From Phototrophicaceae bacterium (GTDB lineage: Bacteria > Chloroflexota > Anaerolineae > Aggregatilineales > Phototrophicaceae): a stretch of DNA of 64,000 nt. Position 1 is the stretch's first letter, and every line of letters starts with the position of its first letter. Below are positions 14,389 to 24,072 of the stretch, piece after piece. The position numbers and the translations under genes are program-made. The stretch lies in NCBI GenBank assembly GCA_965205125.1, contig CBDBFY010000003.1, forward strand, positions 1,240,179 through 1,304,178, read 5' to 3'. A model generated the notes under the pieces. That model did not search any database and was not told the origin of the DNA. It saw only the letters and a list, made by a program, of their open reading frames with translations.

Positions 14389-16944
14389 GTGAAAACGCAT
14401 TTGCCAGCAAAGGAACTTCCTATGCGATTCCGGCTTGCGCGCGTCCTTTGTCTGTGCGCCCTCCTTGCCTTGCTCGCGGCCAGCGCCATAGCGCAAGATA
14501 CGCCGACGGTAACCATTTCGCCCGCTTCGGGCGAGGTGGAAAAAGCCATCTTCACGATTGAGATTGATGGCTTGCAGCCCGATATGCGCTATACAATCGC
14601 CATCCTTTTCGAAGGCGAAGTCGTCTTCAGCAGCGAAGAAACCAGCGACCAAGCCGGTCACATTCCCTATCCCATCAGCAGCACCGAAGGCGACGCGCCC
14701 GGCGTCTATCAGCTTCAGGTCCTCCTTCTCGGCGAGTTGATTGCCAGTGGCGACTTCACGCTGACCGAGGCCGCAGAAGCCCCCGAAAGCGGCGAAATCC
14801 TGGGCGATGTGACGGTGTCGCCGGCGACCGTTCCCTTCGGCAAAACGCAGACGCTGCGCATCGCCGAGCTCAAGCCGCTCTCGCAATACACCGTGGAACT
14901 CACCGCCCGCGAAACCTTCCAGGTGGTTTATCGCCGTCCGCACAGCAGCGACAGTGAAGGCATCATTGAAATCGAGATTTTCGCCGAAGAAGGCGATGCG
15001 CCGGGCTTGCATGCGATAGCGGTTTACGACGAAGCGGGCGACCTGAGCGCCGCCGGTTTTCTCACCATCTTGCCCCGGCCAGAGCGCGATGTTTCCGTCA
15101 GAATTAATCCAACTGCGGTCCAAGCCGGCGCTGCGGTGGAGATAGCGCTGGGCGGATTGGCCGCCTTCGACAGTGTAACCGCGCAAATCACCACCGCCGA
15201 CGATGTGCTGATCGATACGCTCTTGGCGCGCGCCTCCAGCGACGGCGAGTCCATCCTCATCTTCAACGCGCCCGCTGAACTGGCCGACGGCTTATATGAT
15301 GTTGACATCTTCGTCGAAGGCGACCTGCTGGCCAGCGCCACCCTCCACATCGGCGAGGTAGAACCCGCCGCGTTCGCTGTCACAGCTGCCGTCGATCCGC
15401 CGGCCGGTCCCATCGGCACGCTGCACGTGATCGGGGTTGCGGGTTTGGCCAGCGATGAAACGATCACGCTGATCATCCTTGATCCAAGCGGCGCGGAAGA
15501 ATACAGCGCGGCGATGCAGGCCGATGCCAGCGGCGCTTTCCGCCTGACCATTTCCAGCGCCGATGAAGACGACCCGGGCGTCTACGCCATTGAAATTCGC
15601 GGCGAAGACGGCAGCCAGCTTCTAGCCAGCGCGACTTTCGAAATAACCGCCGCTGCCGACATGGAGTCTTCAAGTACAGCGCCAGCGGAAGAAGAAGCGC
15701 CCGCCCCCGACGCCATCGCCTCAATCGAGCCGCAATCAGCCGTCATCGGCGCCAGCCATTTGATTACCGTGCGACAACTCGGCGCCAATGAAACTGTCAC
15801 CATCAATGTCGTTTTCGCCGGCGCAACCGTTTACACCACCGAAAAGACCGCCGATGAGAATGGCTTGGTGACGCTGGAATTGGTCACCGGCGAAGGCGAC
15901 CAACCGGGCGATTACAGCGTCAATATATTGCGCGAGAACGGCAACCAACCCGCCATCGTCTTGACCGCGATCGCCGAGCAGGCGCCTGCACAGCCTCCGT
16001 CAACAGTATCTGGCGCCCAGGTGATTGCGAGCCAGCTAATCGATGGGGCGGCTGAAATCGAATTTGAGGGCGAAGCCGGGCAGTATGCGCTCATCCGCAT
16101 GGCATCGGCCGACTTTGATCCGGCGGCCGCTCTTATAGACCGCGAGGATTTTGAACTTGCTTTCAACGATGACGGTCGCGGACAGAAAGACGCCATCATC
16201 GGTCCGCTGCCCCTGCCATATAGCGGCGAATACCGCCTCGCGATCAGCGCGGCGCCGCTGATGATGCCGCAGGGCGCTGTTTCCGGCGACTTCACCGTCA
16301 CGATCACACCGGTCGAACCGAGGCCGATCCGCTTCGACGCCGATATCAACTTTGCCCTTAGCGGGGATATGCCGGCGCAATACTACCGCTTGCCCGTGCA
16401 AACCGGCGACAGCCTCGCCATCACCGTCGATAGCGGCGGCGCGCTCGACACGCTGCTGCAAGTGGTATCGCCCGCCGGCGAGGAATTCGCCTTCGACGAT
16501 GACAGCGGGTCCGGCTTTGACGCCGAATTAAGCAACCTGATCTTCGACCGCGCGGCCAGCTACGTCCTCGTTGTCTCGACCTTCGACGAGGGCGCGAGCG
16601 GCGCAGGAACGGTCACTGTCTCGCGCAATCCGGTTCATTCGCTGGACGACGGCGGCGTCACCATCACGCTCAACGACAAAGCCATCCGCGACCTTGTCGT
16701 CTTTGACGCCGCCGAAGACGAACTGCTCATCCTCAATCTGGAGGTGGTCTATGGCGATGTGGAAGACCTTTATGTGACAGCGACGATTGACGGCATGGAA
16801 GTGATGTCCTACAGCACGATGGGCGTCCCGGACGAATTGCCGCTCGCCTTTGTGACGCCAATGAGCGGCGCCGTGGTCGTCACGTTGGAGAAGTTTGGCT
16901 ACGACGACGCCATCGCCCTCGACGTCTCCCTCGAAAGGCCCTGA
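14389..16944 (+). CDS. Secreted multi-repeat protein with Ig-like repeats and two C-terminal pre-peptidase C-terminal (PPC)-like domains
   Basis: Signal peptide ARVLCLCALLALLAASAIAQD. There are at least 5 repeats ending in GDAPGVYQLQV, GDAPGLHAIAVYD, LADGLYDVDIF, DDPGVYAIEIRGEDG and GDQPGDYSVNILRENG. PPC-like motifs are AFNDDGRG...SGEYRLAISA and FAFDDDSGSG...ASYVLVVSTF. An alternative start lies at 14422. Confidence 0.8.
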   Translation: MKTHLPAKELPMRFRLARVLCLCALLALLAASAIAQDTPTVTISPASGEVEKAIFTIEIDGLQPDMRYTIAILFEGEVVFSSEETSDQAGHIPYPISSTEGDAPGVYQLQVLLLGELIASGDFTLTEAAEAPESGEILGDVTVSPATVPFGKTQTLRIAELKPLSQYTVELTARETFQVVYRRPHSSDSEGIIEIEIFAEEGDAPGLHAIAVYDEAGDLSAAGFLTILPRPERDVSVRINPTAVQAGAAVEIALGGLAAFDSVTAQITTADDVLIDTLLARASSDGESILIFNAPAELADGLYDVDIFVEGDLLASATLHIGEVEPAAFAVTAAVDPPAGPIGTLHVIGVAGLASDETITLIILDPSGAEEYSAAMQADASGAFRLTISSADEDDPGVYAIEIRGEDGSQLLASATFEITAAADMESSSTAPAEEEAPAPDAIASIEPQSAVIGASHLITVRQLGANETVTINVVFAGATVYTTEKTADENGLVTLELVTGEGDQPGDYSVNILRENGNQPAIVLTAIAEQAPAQPPSTVSGAQVIASQLIDGAAEIEFEGEAGQYALIRMASADFDPAAALIDREDFELAFNDDGRGQKDAIIGPLPLPYSGEYRLAISAAPLMMPQGAVSGDFTVTITPVEPRPIRFDADINFALSGDMPAQYYRLPVQTGDSLAITVDSGGALDTLLQVVSPAGEEFAFDDDSGSGFDAELSNLIFDRAASYVLVVSTFDEGASGAGTVTVSRNPVHSLDDGGVTITLNDKAIRDLVVFDAAEDELLILNLEVVYGDVEDLYVTATIDGMEVMSYSTMGVPDELPLAFVTPMSGAVVVTLEKFGYDDAIALDVSLERP

Positions 16945-16990
16945 TTGAGCAGCTGGGACAGGCATTCCTAAATCGAATTCAATCGAAAAC

Positions 16991-17058
16991 TGTAGGGGCG
17001 ACTCTGTGAGTCGCCCGCCGGAGCGCAGGGAATTGTAGGGGTGACCCTTGGGTCGCCC
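16991..17058 (+). repeat. REP doublet (two palindromic units)
   Basis: tgtaggggcgactctgtgagtcgccc (16991-17016) and tgtaggggtgacccttgggtcgccc (17034-17058). Confidence 0.85.
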
Positions 17059-17080
17059 GCCCATCAAATCTAGTAGACGC

Positions 17081-18472
17081 TCAATACACCTGCAAGCCAC
17101 GCGCCTCGCGCTCGCCATCACGCCAGGCTTCTTTGTAATTGTGCGATGGCAAATCCTTGACGCGCAAGCCAGACAGCGCCGCCACATCGCGCTCGACATA
17201 CCAGGCATCCAACCGCGCCTTGTATTGCGCCGCTACCTGCGGATGCGCCTCAAAGACATTCTCCAATTCAGCCGGATCAGCCTTCAAATCAAATAGATCG
17301 TGCGGACCTGCCGGATAGCGCCACACCAGCTTCCAGCGCTCATCGCGGATCATGCGCAAGTCGCCGTACTCGCCGTAGCGCGTGTTGTCCCACCTCATGC
17401 TATCCCCGCGCAATAAGGGCTCGTAAGATTCGCCCGCATAGACTTCTTCATCGGCGGGCAAGCCAACCTGAGCCAGCGCGCATATCGTATGAAAGGTATC
17501 GCAATGGTCGACATAAGCGTCGACGACCTGCGCCTCGACGCCGGGCCCCGCGATGATCAACGGCACGCTCAGCGACACCTCATACATATTCAGCGGGCGC
17601 GTGCTGTTGCCCTTTCCGAAAAAACCCCGATGCCCGATAGCGCAGCCATGATCCGAGGTGTAGATGATGATGGTGTTCTCCCATTGCCCGCGCGCTTTCA
17701 AAGCGGCGATGACCCGCGCGATATTCTCGTCAATCTCGGTCACCGCAGCATAATAGCCGATATAGCGATCGACTAGCTCTGCCTCGCTGAGTTCGTTGCC
17801 GCCGCCCTCATTCTTCACCCAGGGATGCGCTTCCCACGGCGGAATCTCGTCAAAGGCGCAGTTCTCGTATTTCGCCGTTTGTCGCCGATCGTGCTCCTGC
17901 TGCCGATAAGGCGAATGGGTGGCGATGTAACCGATATTAAGGAAGAAGGGGCGGTCCGCCGGCGCGGCATCGAGAAACGCAATCGCCTGGTCAGTGATGA
18001 AAGCCGACTTGTTGCCGTCCAACTCGACCATCTCACCGTTGCGCGCGTAGGTATAGAGTCCGTTGTGACTGCCCTGCCAGCCGGGCAGCCCAAAGTGGAA
18101 GTCGGCGCCGCGCGGCGGCAAATGCGACTGACCAAGATGCCATTTGCCGCTCAAGCCGCAGTGATAGCCGCCAGCCGACAGATAGTCGAATAGCGTGCGC
18201 GTCCCGCCCAGCCAGTCACGCTCGCCAACTTCCGCAATCCACTCTTGCAGCCAGTCGTGGATGCCCAGCTGCGACGCCGTCTTGCCCGTCAGCAGGTTGG
18301 CGCGCGCAGGCGAACAGACGGGCGTGGGACTGTAGGCGTTGACGAAGCGCGTCCCCCGCTCTGCCAGCGCATCCAGCGTCGGCGTCCCCACTTCGCCATT
18401 GCCGTAGCAGCCGTTCGCCCAGGCGCCATGATCATCGGTCAGGAAAAGCACGATATTCGGTCTGCCGCTCAT
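17081..18472 (-). CDS. Sulfatase (Cys-type formylglycine motif), no signal peptide
   Basis: PNIVLFLTDDHG, PTPVCSPARANLLTG (the C-x-P-x-R FGly motif), SGKWHLG and YTSDHG. Confidence 0.9.
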   Translation of the reverse strand: MSGRPNIVLFLTDDHGAWANGCYGNGEVGTPTLDALAERGTRFVNAYSPTPVCSPARANLLTGKTASQLGIHDWLQEWIAEVGERDWLGGTRTLFDYLSAGGYHCGLSGKWHLGQSHLPPRGADFHFGLPGWQGSHNGLYTYARNGEMVELDGNKSAFITDQAIAFLDAAPADRPFFLNIGYIATHSPYRQQEHDRRQTAKYENCAFDEIPPWEAHPWVKNEGGGNELSEAELVDRYIGYYAAVTEIDENIARVIAALKARGQWENTIIIYTSDHGCAIGHRGFFGKGNSTRPLNMYEVSLSVPLIIAGPGVEAQVVDAYVDHCDTFHTICALAQVGLPADEEVYAGESYEPLLRGDSMRWDNTRYGEYGDLRMIRDERWKLVWRYPAGPHDLFDLKADPAELENVFEAHPQVAAQYKARLDAWYVERDVAALSGLRVKDLPSHNYKEAWRDGEREARGLQVY

Positions 18473-18612
18473 TTGCCTTCTCCGCCGTAATGCGTGTATT
18501 TGCGTCGGGAAGTGTAATGGAAGCGCGCACGAATATCCTGCCCGAGCTTGCTGGCAATCGTCAGCGCAACTGAGTAGAATTGTCCGAAGAATCCCATACA
18601 GGAGCGAAGCAA

Positions 18613-19374
18613 ATGCCCTTGGTCTCAGCGGAACAAGTGGAACAATTTCAACGCGAAGGCTATTTCATCCTCGAATCCGCGATTCCCGAAAACATTGTGG
18701 GCGCGCTGCGTTCCGAGTGCATGCGCTTTGTCGAAGCGCGTGACCGCGAAATGGAAGCCAAAGGCATCACGACCGACCACATCACCCATTACAAGAAACG
18801 CTACTTCATCCATGGCCGCGATGCCGACAGCACGATCATGACCAAGTTTCTCTTCAGCGATCTGATGGCGGAGATCTGCCGCGCCACCCTCGGCGAAACC
18901 GCCTACCTCTTCCATGAACAATATGTTGTCAAAGCCGCCGACACCGATTCCAAATTCGCCTGGCACCAAGATTCCGGCTACGTCGGGCATTACCACCGCG
19001 CCTATCTCTCCTGCTGGTGCGCGCTGGACGATATGTCGGTAGCGAACGGCACCGTCTACATCCTGCCCTACTCGCGCGACGGCCGGCATTCGACCGACGA
19101 CATCATCGACCACACGGTCGAAGAGCGAACCAACGACAAGGTCGGTTACAAGGGCGATGACCCGGGCATTCCCGCCATCGTGCCGGCCGGCAGCATCGTC
19201 GTCTTCAGCAGCCGCACCTTCCACCGCAGCGGACCCAATTTCACCGATCAGTATCGCCGCTGTTACCTGGCGCAATACTCCGCCGAGCCAATCATGAACC
19301 GCGATGGCAGCAAGTTGTGGGGGCGCGCCGAGCCAGTGCTGCAAAATGGCGCGCGCGTGGGCCCGCCGGTCTAA
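18613..19374 (+). CDS. Phytanoyl-CoA dioxygenase (PhyH) family Fe(II)/2-oxoglutarate oxygenase
   Basis: FQREGYFILE, FAWHQDSGY and FSSRTFHRSGPN. The ATG at 18613 is preceded by AGGAG. Confidence 0.82.
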   Translation: MPLVSAEQVEQFQREGYFILESAIPENIVGALRSECMRFVEARDREMEAKGITTDHITHYKKRYFIHGRDADSTIMTKFLFSDLMAEICRATLGETAYLFHEQYVVKAADTDSKFAWHQDSGYVGHYHRAYLSCWCALDDMSVANGTVYILPYSRDGRHSTDDIIDHTVEERTNDKVGYKGDDPGIPAIVPAGSIVVFSSRTFHRSGPNFTDQYRRCYLAQYSAEPIMNRDGSKLWGRAEPVLQNGARVGPPV

Positions 19375-20879
19375 CCAAACAGCGACGGCGTACCGCGCAT
19401 CTCCATCGGCATGGTGAAGATCTGCCAAGCCGCCAGCATCATCAGCGTGAAGATCAATGCCCAGGGCAGCAAGCCCAGCAGCGCCTTTCGCCGATACAGC
19501 CGCAGCGCCGTCTTCTGCGCCAGCCACAAACTCCAGAGGAAACCGCCAAGCAAGACCAACAATTGAATTGAGCCGATCAGATTCGCATCCAGGCTGAAGC
19601 TCCAGCGCCCCCAGTCGCCCGCCCCACCCAGGAATTCTTGTATCACCGGCACGATCAAGCCCGGTCCCGCCAGCAAGTGAAAGCTGTAATGGGCGAACCA
19701 GATGCCAAAGCCGACCGGCACAAAGGCGGGCGCAAAAGCCGCTACCGTGTCTCGCAGCGAGTCGCGCACCCGGAAGCGCGTTAGGCTCCGGCCGAGCCAG
19801 GCAGCGCCGACCGCCACCAGAGCCGGCAGCAACAGATTCCCCACGGCGAATATCAGCAGCAGCGCCACAAACTCGCTCGTGATGCCCAGGCGCAGCGCCA
19901 GCCCTTCCTGCAGCGCGTAATAAGGCGGAACCATGCCAAAGGCGTTAGAGAGCCCCATGAAAGCCAGCGCGATAACCAGCAGCGACAGGTCCCAGCGCCG
20001 CGCCCAACTGTCCACCCGGCTCAGTTCGGCGCCGGCCGACCGCGTGAACAAGCTGACATTGTCATGGGGGCAGGCGCGCACGCAATCCAGGCACATCGTG
20101 CAATCCAAATTTCCCCGCATCTGCGGCGCGAAGAGCTCGGTGCCGCAGCCCAAAGTTCCGCCCGGACCATGCGCCACCTGTTTCCTCCCCGGTTCAGCGC
20201 CAGCGGCCATTGGAATCTCGTCGATGCGGATCACTGCCTCCCGCGCATAACTCCCGTTCACGCATTCGTGACCGACGCAGTTGGCGCAGACATCTTGCGA
20301 TTTGACCGCGATGCGCGTCGGCGACAGCGTCGAATACACCATATTGAAGGAACCCAGCGGGCAGACATATTTGCAAAAAGCCGACTCGCTGAAGACCGCT
20401 TCCAGCAGGAAAGAAGCGGCGAAATAAGCGACGATCAGCCAGGCGGTCAACCAGGGGCTCGCCCATAAATCCAAATATTCATAGGCGAAGAAAAGCGCAA
20501 ACAGGCTGAAGACGGCCAGCCACTTATTGCGGAATCGTTGCGGAAAGCGGCGACCCCTGATTGAAAGGCGTTTCGCCAGCGTCCGCGGCAACGTAAAGGG
20601 GCAGCCCATGCAAACCAGGTTGCCAGCCAGCAGCAGAACCAGCACAACGATGCCGCGCAGATGCACCCAGGGCGCGACCGTCGCCAGATTGCGCGCCGCC
20701 GATTGCGGACCCCAAAAGCCGTCAATGAGCAAAGCCAGCGCGACGAGCGTGAAAGGCGCTTGCAGCAGCAGCCGCCCGTATCGACCGCGCAAGAGCCGCC
20801 CAAGCAGCGGCAGACTTAATACATCCAAGCCAATGGCGGGAAGGCGTCGCTGTCTCCATCTCCAGGCGCTATCGCTCAT
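19371..20879 (-). CDS. Polytopic membrane 4Fe-4S protein (NapH/MauN/CcoG-like polyferredoxin)
   Basis: CMGCPF and CKYVCPLGSF (Cx3CP-type motifs), then CANCVGHEC and CTMCLDCVRACPHDN (ferredoxin motif), plus many TM helices. The ATG at 20879 overlaps the upstream stop (ATGA). Confidence 0.75.
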   Translation of the reverse strand: MSDSAWRWRQRRLPAIGLDVLSLPLLGRLLRGRYGRLLLQAPFTLVALALLIDGFWGPQSAARNLATVAPWVHLRGIVVLVLLLAGNLVCMGCPFTLPRTLAKRLSIRGRRFPQRFRNKWLAVFSLFALFFAYEYLDLWASPWLTAWLIVAYFAASFLLEAVFSESAFCKYVCPLGSFNMVYSTLSPTRIAVKSQDVCANCVGHECVNGSYAREAVIRIDEIPMAAGAEPGRKQVAHGPGGTLGCGTELFAPQMRGNLDCTMCLDCVRACPHDNVSLFTRSAGAELSRVDSWARRWDLSLLVIALAFMGLSNAFGMVPPYYALQEGLALRLGITSEFVALLLIFAVGNLLLPALVAVGAAWLGRSLTRFRVRDSLRDTVAAFAPAFVPVGFGIWFAHYSFHLLAGPGLIVPVIQEFLGGAGDWGRWSFSLDANLIGSIQLLVLLGGFLWSLWLAQKTALRLYRRKALLGLLPWALIFTLMMLAAWQIFTMPMEMRGTPSLFG

Positions 20880-21949
20880 GCCGCCGTCCCGCTTAGCAGC
20901 GTATAGACGACAAAGGCGCCATAAAGCAGCAGCAAGACGATGCCTTCGCCGCGGCTCAATTCCCGCTTGCTCGTCAGAAACAGCGCCAGAATCAAGGTCG
21001 TCGCCACCAAAATGCCGATGGAAATCCAAAGGTCGCCCGTGCCGACGTCAATCCCGCTCAAGCCCAGCAGCGACAGCGCGATCGTCCAGGGCAGCGCCAG
21101 ACCGACCAGCAGGTCAAAGGTGTTGGAGCCGACCGCGTTTGCCACCGCCATGCCGCCCCGTCCCTCGCGCGCCACATCAAGTGAAGCCATCAAGTCCGGC
21201 GCGGACGTCCCCGCCGCCAACAAGGTCAAAGCCACGATCACCGGCGGTATGCCGATGCCGGCTGAAAATACAATCGTCGATTCCACCAAGGCATAGCTCA
21301 ACGCGACGATTAACGCGATCGAAACGATGAAAGCCCAAACGAAGTTTCGCTCCGGCGCGCCCGTGATGCGCCGCAATATCGATTCGATCAGCGCCTCCAA
21401 ATGATGCCAGCCTGCTACTTTGGCGCTTTCCCGCTCGCTTTCTTGAATGGCTTCGGGCGCCTCCTCCTTATAGGGCTCGGGGTCCTTCAACACGATGAGC
21501 ACGCCCATATACACCACATAGCCGACCAAACCCAGGATCGCTTCGATCAGCGAGACATGGCCATCGAAAAAGACCAGCCCCAGATACAAAATGGAAATCA
21601 GGTAATAGACGATGTCCCGCCCCACCGCGAAAATGTGAATATGCAAGCCGCCGGCGAAAACAGCCGAAACGCCGGTGATCACTAGAATGTTGAAGACGGC
21701 CGAGCCGACGATGGTGCCGATGCCGACATCACTGTGCGCCCCGCCAGCGGTGAAGAGCGCCATCAGGGCAATCGCTAACTCCGGCGCCGACGAGCCAATC
21801 GCCATCAAAGAAGCGCCCGCCACCTCATCCGACAGCTTCAAGCGCCGCGAAATCTCATCCAGGCTGGGGATGAAGAACTTGTCAGTCACAACAGCAAGCG
21901 CGAACACAGAAAGGAGAATCGCCGCCAGACTCAGTAGCACGTCAGCCAT
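20876..21949 (-). CDS. Ca2+/cation antiporter (CaCA family, YrbG-like)
   Basis: Two alpha-repeats (GSSAPELAIAL and GTSAPDLMASL) and about 10 TM helices. Trimmed to the ATG at 21949 (MADVLLSLAAILL). Confidence 0.85.
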   Translation of the reverse strand: MADVLLSLAAILLSVFALAVVTDKFFIPSLDEISRRLKLSDEVAGASLMAIGSSAPELAIALMALFTAGGAHSDVGIGTIVGSAVFNILVITGVSAVFAGGLHIHIFAVGRDIVYYLISILYLGLVFFDGHVSLIEAILGLVGYVVYMGVLIVLKDPEPYKEEAPEAIQESERESAKVAGWHHLEALIESILRRITGAPERNFVWAFIVSIALIVALSYALVESTIVFSAGIGIPPVIVALTLLAAGTSAPDLMASLDVAREGRGGMAVANAVGSNTFDLLVGLALPWTIALSLLGLSGIDVGTGDLWISIGILVATTLILALFLTSKRELSRGEGIVLLLLYGAFVVYTLLSGTAA

Positions 21950-22010
21950 CGCCTTTGCCCCCTGCGCTATCGACCGCTTGACCCTGCTCGAATCATCCTG
22001 GCCCGCGCGA

Positions 22011-22814
22011 TTACCAGCGCGCAATCACAGCGCGAAAGATCATCTCCCGCTCGACCATGTCATCGGGCGCCTCGCAGTCGCGCTCCAACCAATCACGCAG
22101 CGCCCGTGACGCCTCGCGATGAATCGTTTCCGGCAAGCGCCAGTCGCTGCTGAACATGCCGGCCGCCCGCCGTTCCACCATGATGCGGGGCGACACCGGC
22201 TTCTCCAGATAGCGCAGCAGGTCAACGAAATCCGCCCGCGCGCCGGTCGCCTCTATATATTGCCGCATCACATCATCCGTCAGCCAAATGCCCCCGTCAT
22301 CGCCATCATCGCTGACGCCCATGCCGCGCAAGATCTCGTCCCATTTATCCTGTACGATGCCCCAGGGCGGCCGATCGGCGCCCGCCGGCGGAAGCATTTC
22401 CACGATGACCAAAGCGCCGCCGGGCCGCAGCAGACGCCGCGCCTCGTCGATGCAATCGCGCCAATCCGGCAAATGGTGGAATACGCGCACGGCATGAATG
22501 ATATCGACGCTGTCAGCCGCGAAAGGGAGAAATCGCGCGTCAGCCTGCGCCAGCGGCGGACGCCAATCCCCCGCCAGCTTTCCCTGAATCAGCCGCATCA
22601 TGCCCAGCGAAAAATCGATGCCGACATAATGCCGCGCCACCGGGTAGAAAGCCCGCGCGATCAGCCCGCTGCCGATCCCCAATTCGAGGAATCTCGCCGA
22701 AGCATCCGCCCCTATGAAGTCGAGCAGCGCCTCGCGATAGCGCTCGACTACACCGTCGCGGTAGCCGCGCGTCGCATCATAGAATTCAACCGCGTGATCG
22801 TAATTGACTGGCAT
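22011..22814 (-). CDS. Class I SAM-dependent methyltransferase
   Basis: FLELGIGSGLIARAF (motif I) and VDIIHAVRVFHHLPD. Trimmed to the ATG at 22814 (MPVNYDHAVEFYD). Confidence 0.8.
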   Translation of the reverse strand: MPVNYDHAVEFYDATRGYRDGVVERYREALLDFIGADASARFLELGIGSGLIARAFYPVARHYVGIDFSLGMMRLIQGKLAGDWRPPLAQADARFLPFAADSVDIIHAVRVFHHLPDWRDCIDEARRLLRPGGALVIVEMLPPAGADRPPWGIVQDKWDEILRGMGVSDDGDDGGIWLTDDVMRQYIEATGARADFVDLLRYLEKPVSPRIMVERRAAGMFSSDWRLPETIHREASRALRDWLERDCEAPDDMVEREMIFRAVIARW

Positions 22815-22905
22815 AGACCGTAGGCAAACGCTGAATCTCCTGCCAGTATAACGCCATTTACAGCGACATGTATCGCCGCGACCGCAACGCGGCATTGGAG
22901 GAATC

Positions 22906-23904
22906 ATGAAGGTCGAACACATCAAGTTGTATTACGAATATAACGATTGGGCGAACAAGCGCATACTCGACGCAGCGAGCAAGCTCACCGAAGAGCAGTT
23001 GACGGCGCCAAACGAATTCGGCTGGGGCGATCTGCGAGGCGCCCTCGTTCATACTCTCGATGCCGAGTATGGCTGGTTCAGTTTCCTCTTCGACGGCGAA
23101 GATGAAGGCATTCTTGATCCAGAGTCTTTCACCGATATTGCCACCCTGCGAGCACGCTGGGAGGGGCAAAGCGAGATCAGCCGGCGCTGCCTGGATTCGC
23201 TGGCCGATGAAGACTTGCAACGAATCCACAAGAGCGAACGCGATGGCAAAACTTACACCTGGATACTCTGGCAAGTGCTAGTCCATGTTGTCAATCATGG
23301 CACGCAGCACCGCGCTGAAGCGGCCGCTCTGCTCACTGGCTTCGGTCATTCGCCCGGCGACATGGACCTTACCTTATTCCTGAACAGCCGCGATATCAGT
23401 TCGAGCGAGTCCGACCGAGCGAATCGCCAAGACATTGAATTGCTCTTCCGCTACAACGATTGGGCGAACGACCGCATCCTGGATAGAGCCGAGGCCCTGA
23501 CCTCCGAGCAGCTTACAGCGCCGAACGACCTCGGCTGGGGCAGTCTTCGCGGGGCGCTGGTTCATCTGATGGACGCGGAATACGTCTGGCGCAACCTGCT
23601 AGAGGACGGCGAGCACGTCGAATGGCTGCAGCCGGAAGACTTCGCCGATGTCGCCTCCATTCGCGCGCGCTGGCTTGAAGAACGAGCGGCATTCTGGCGC
23701 TATCTTGCCGGTCTGAGCGATGAAGACTTGAGCGCGACCATCAGCTATGAAGGGGATGAGATCCGTTATCGCGTCCTGTGGCATTGCCTCGCCCATGTCG
23801 TCAATCATGGGACGCAGCACCGGGCCGAATGCGCCGCCTTGCTGACCGGCTTCGGTCATTCGCCGGGCAACCTCGACTTCACCGTGTTTTTGCTGGACAA
23901 GTGA
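22906..23904 (+). CDS. Tandem-duplicated DinB-family protein
   Basis: Two ~160-aa halves each carry YNDWAN.RILD, LTAPN..GWG.LRGALVH..DAEY.W and HVVNHGTQHRAE.AALLTGFGHSPG. Confidence 0.85.
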   Translation: MKVEHIKLYYEYNDWANKRILDAASKLTEEQLTAPNEFGWGDLRGALVHTLDAEYGWFSFLFDGEDEGILDPESFTDIATLRARWEGQSEISRRCLDSLADEDLQRIHKSERDGKTYTWILWQVLVHVVNHGTQHRAEAAALLTGFGHSPGDMDLTLFLNSRDISSSESDRANRQDIELLFRYNDWANDRILDRAEALTSEQLTAPNDLGWGSLRGALVHLMDAEYVWRNLLEDGEHVEWLQPEDFADVASIRARWLEERAAFWRYLAGLSDEDLSATISYEGDEIRYRVLWHCLAHVVNHGTQHRAECAALLTGFGHSPGNLDFTVFLLDK

Positions 23905-23945
23905 TGAAGCCCGGTCAGTCACGGAAATCGCCCGTATTGCGGCGT

Positions 23946-23974
23946 TTGACAAGATTGGTTAGACTTTGTATTGA
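23946..23974 (+). promoter_or_regulatory. Candidate sigma-70 promoter for the sugar ABC operon
   Basis: TTGACA (23946-23951), a 17-nt spacer, then TATTGA (23969-23974), about 100 nt upstream of the 24073 start. Confidence 0.35.
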
Positions 23975-24010
23975 AAGGTGAAACTGCTCATCACAGTTTT
24001 AGTTTGGAGT

Positions 24011-24024
24011 CGGCAACGTTGCCG
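24011..24024. promoter_or_regulatory. Perfect 14-bp palindrome with central CG, LacI-family-operator-like
   Basis: cggcaacgttgccg lies between the candidate promoter and the start codon of the substrate-binding protein gene. Confidence 0.35.
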
Positions 24025-24072
24025 TCGACATGTTTCATGTTTCACGAATAGGCTTAAGAAGGGAGCCGTATC

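Noticed and set aside
16991-17058. Whether clustered REP units (also at 40496-40600 and 55095-55273) could be a CRISPR array
   Set aside because: The units are internally palindromic with variable loops and irregular spacing (15-40 nt). There are at most 4 per cluster and no cas genes, so this is not CRISPR.
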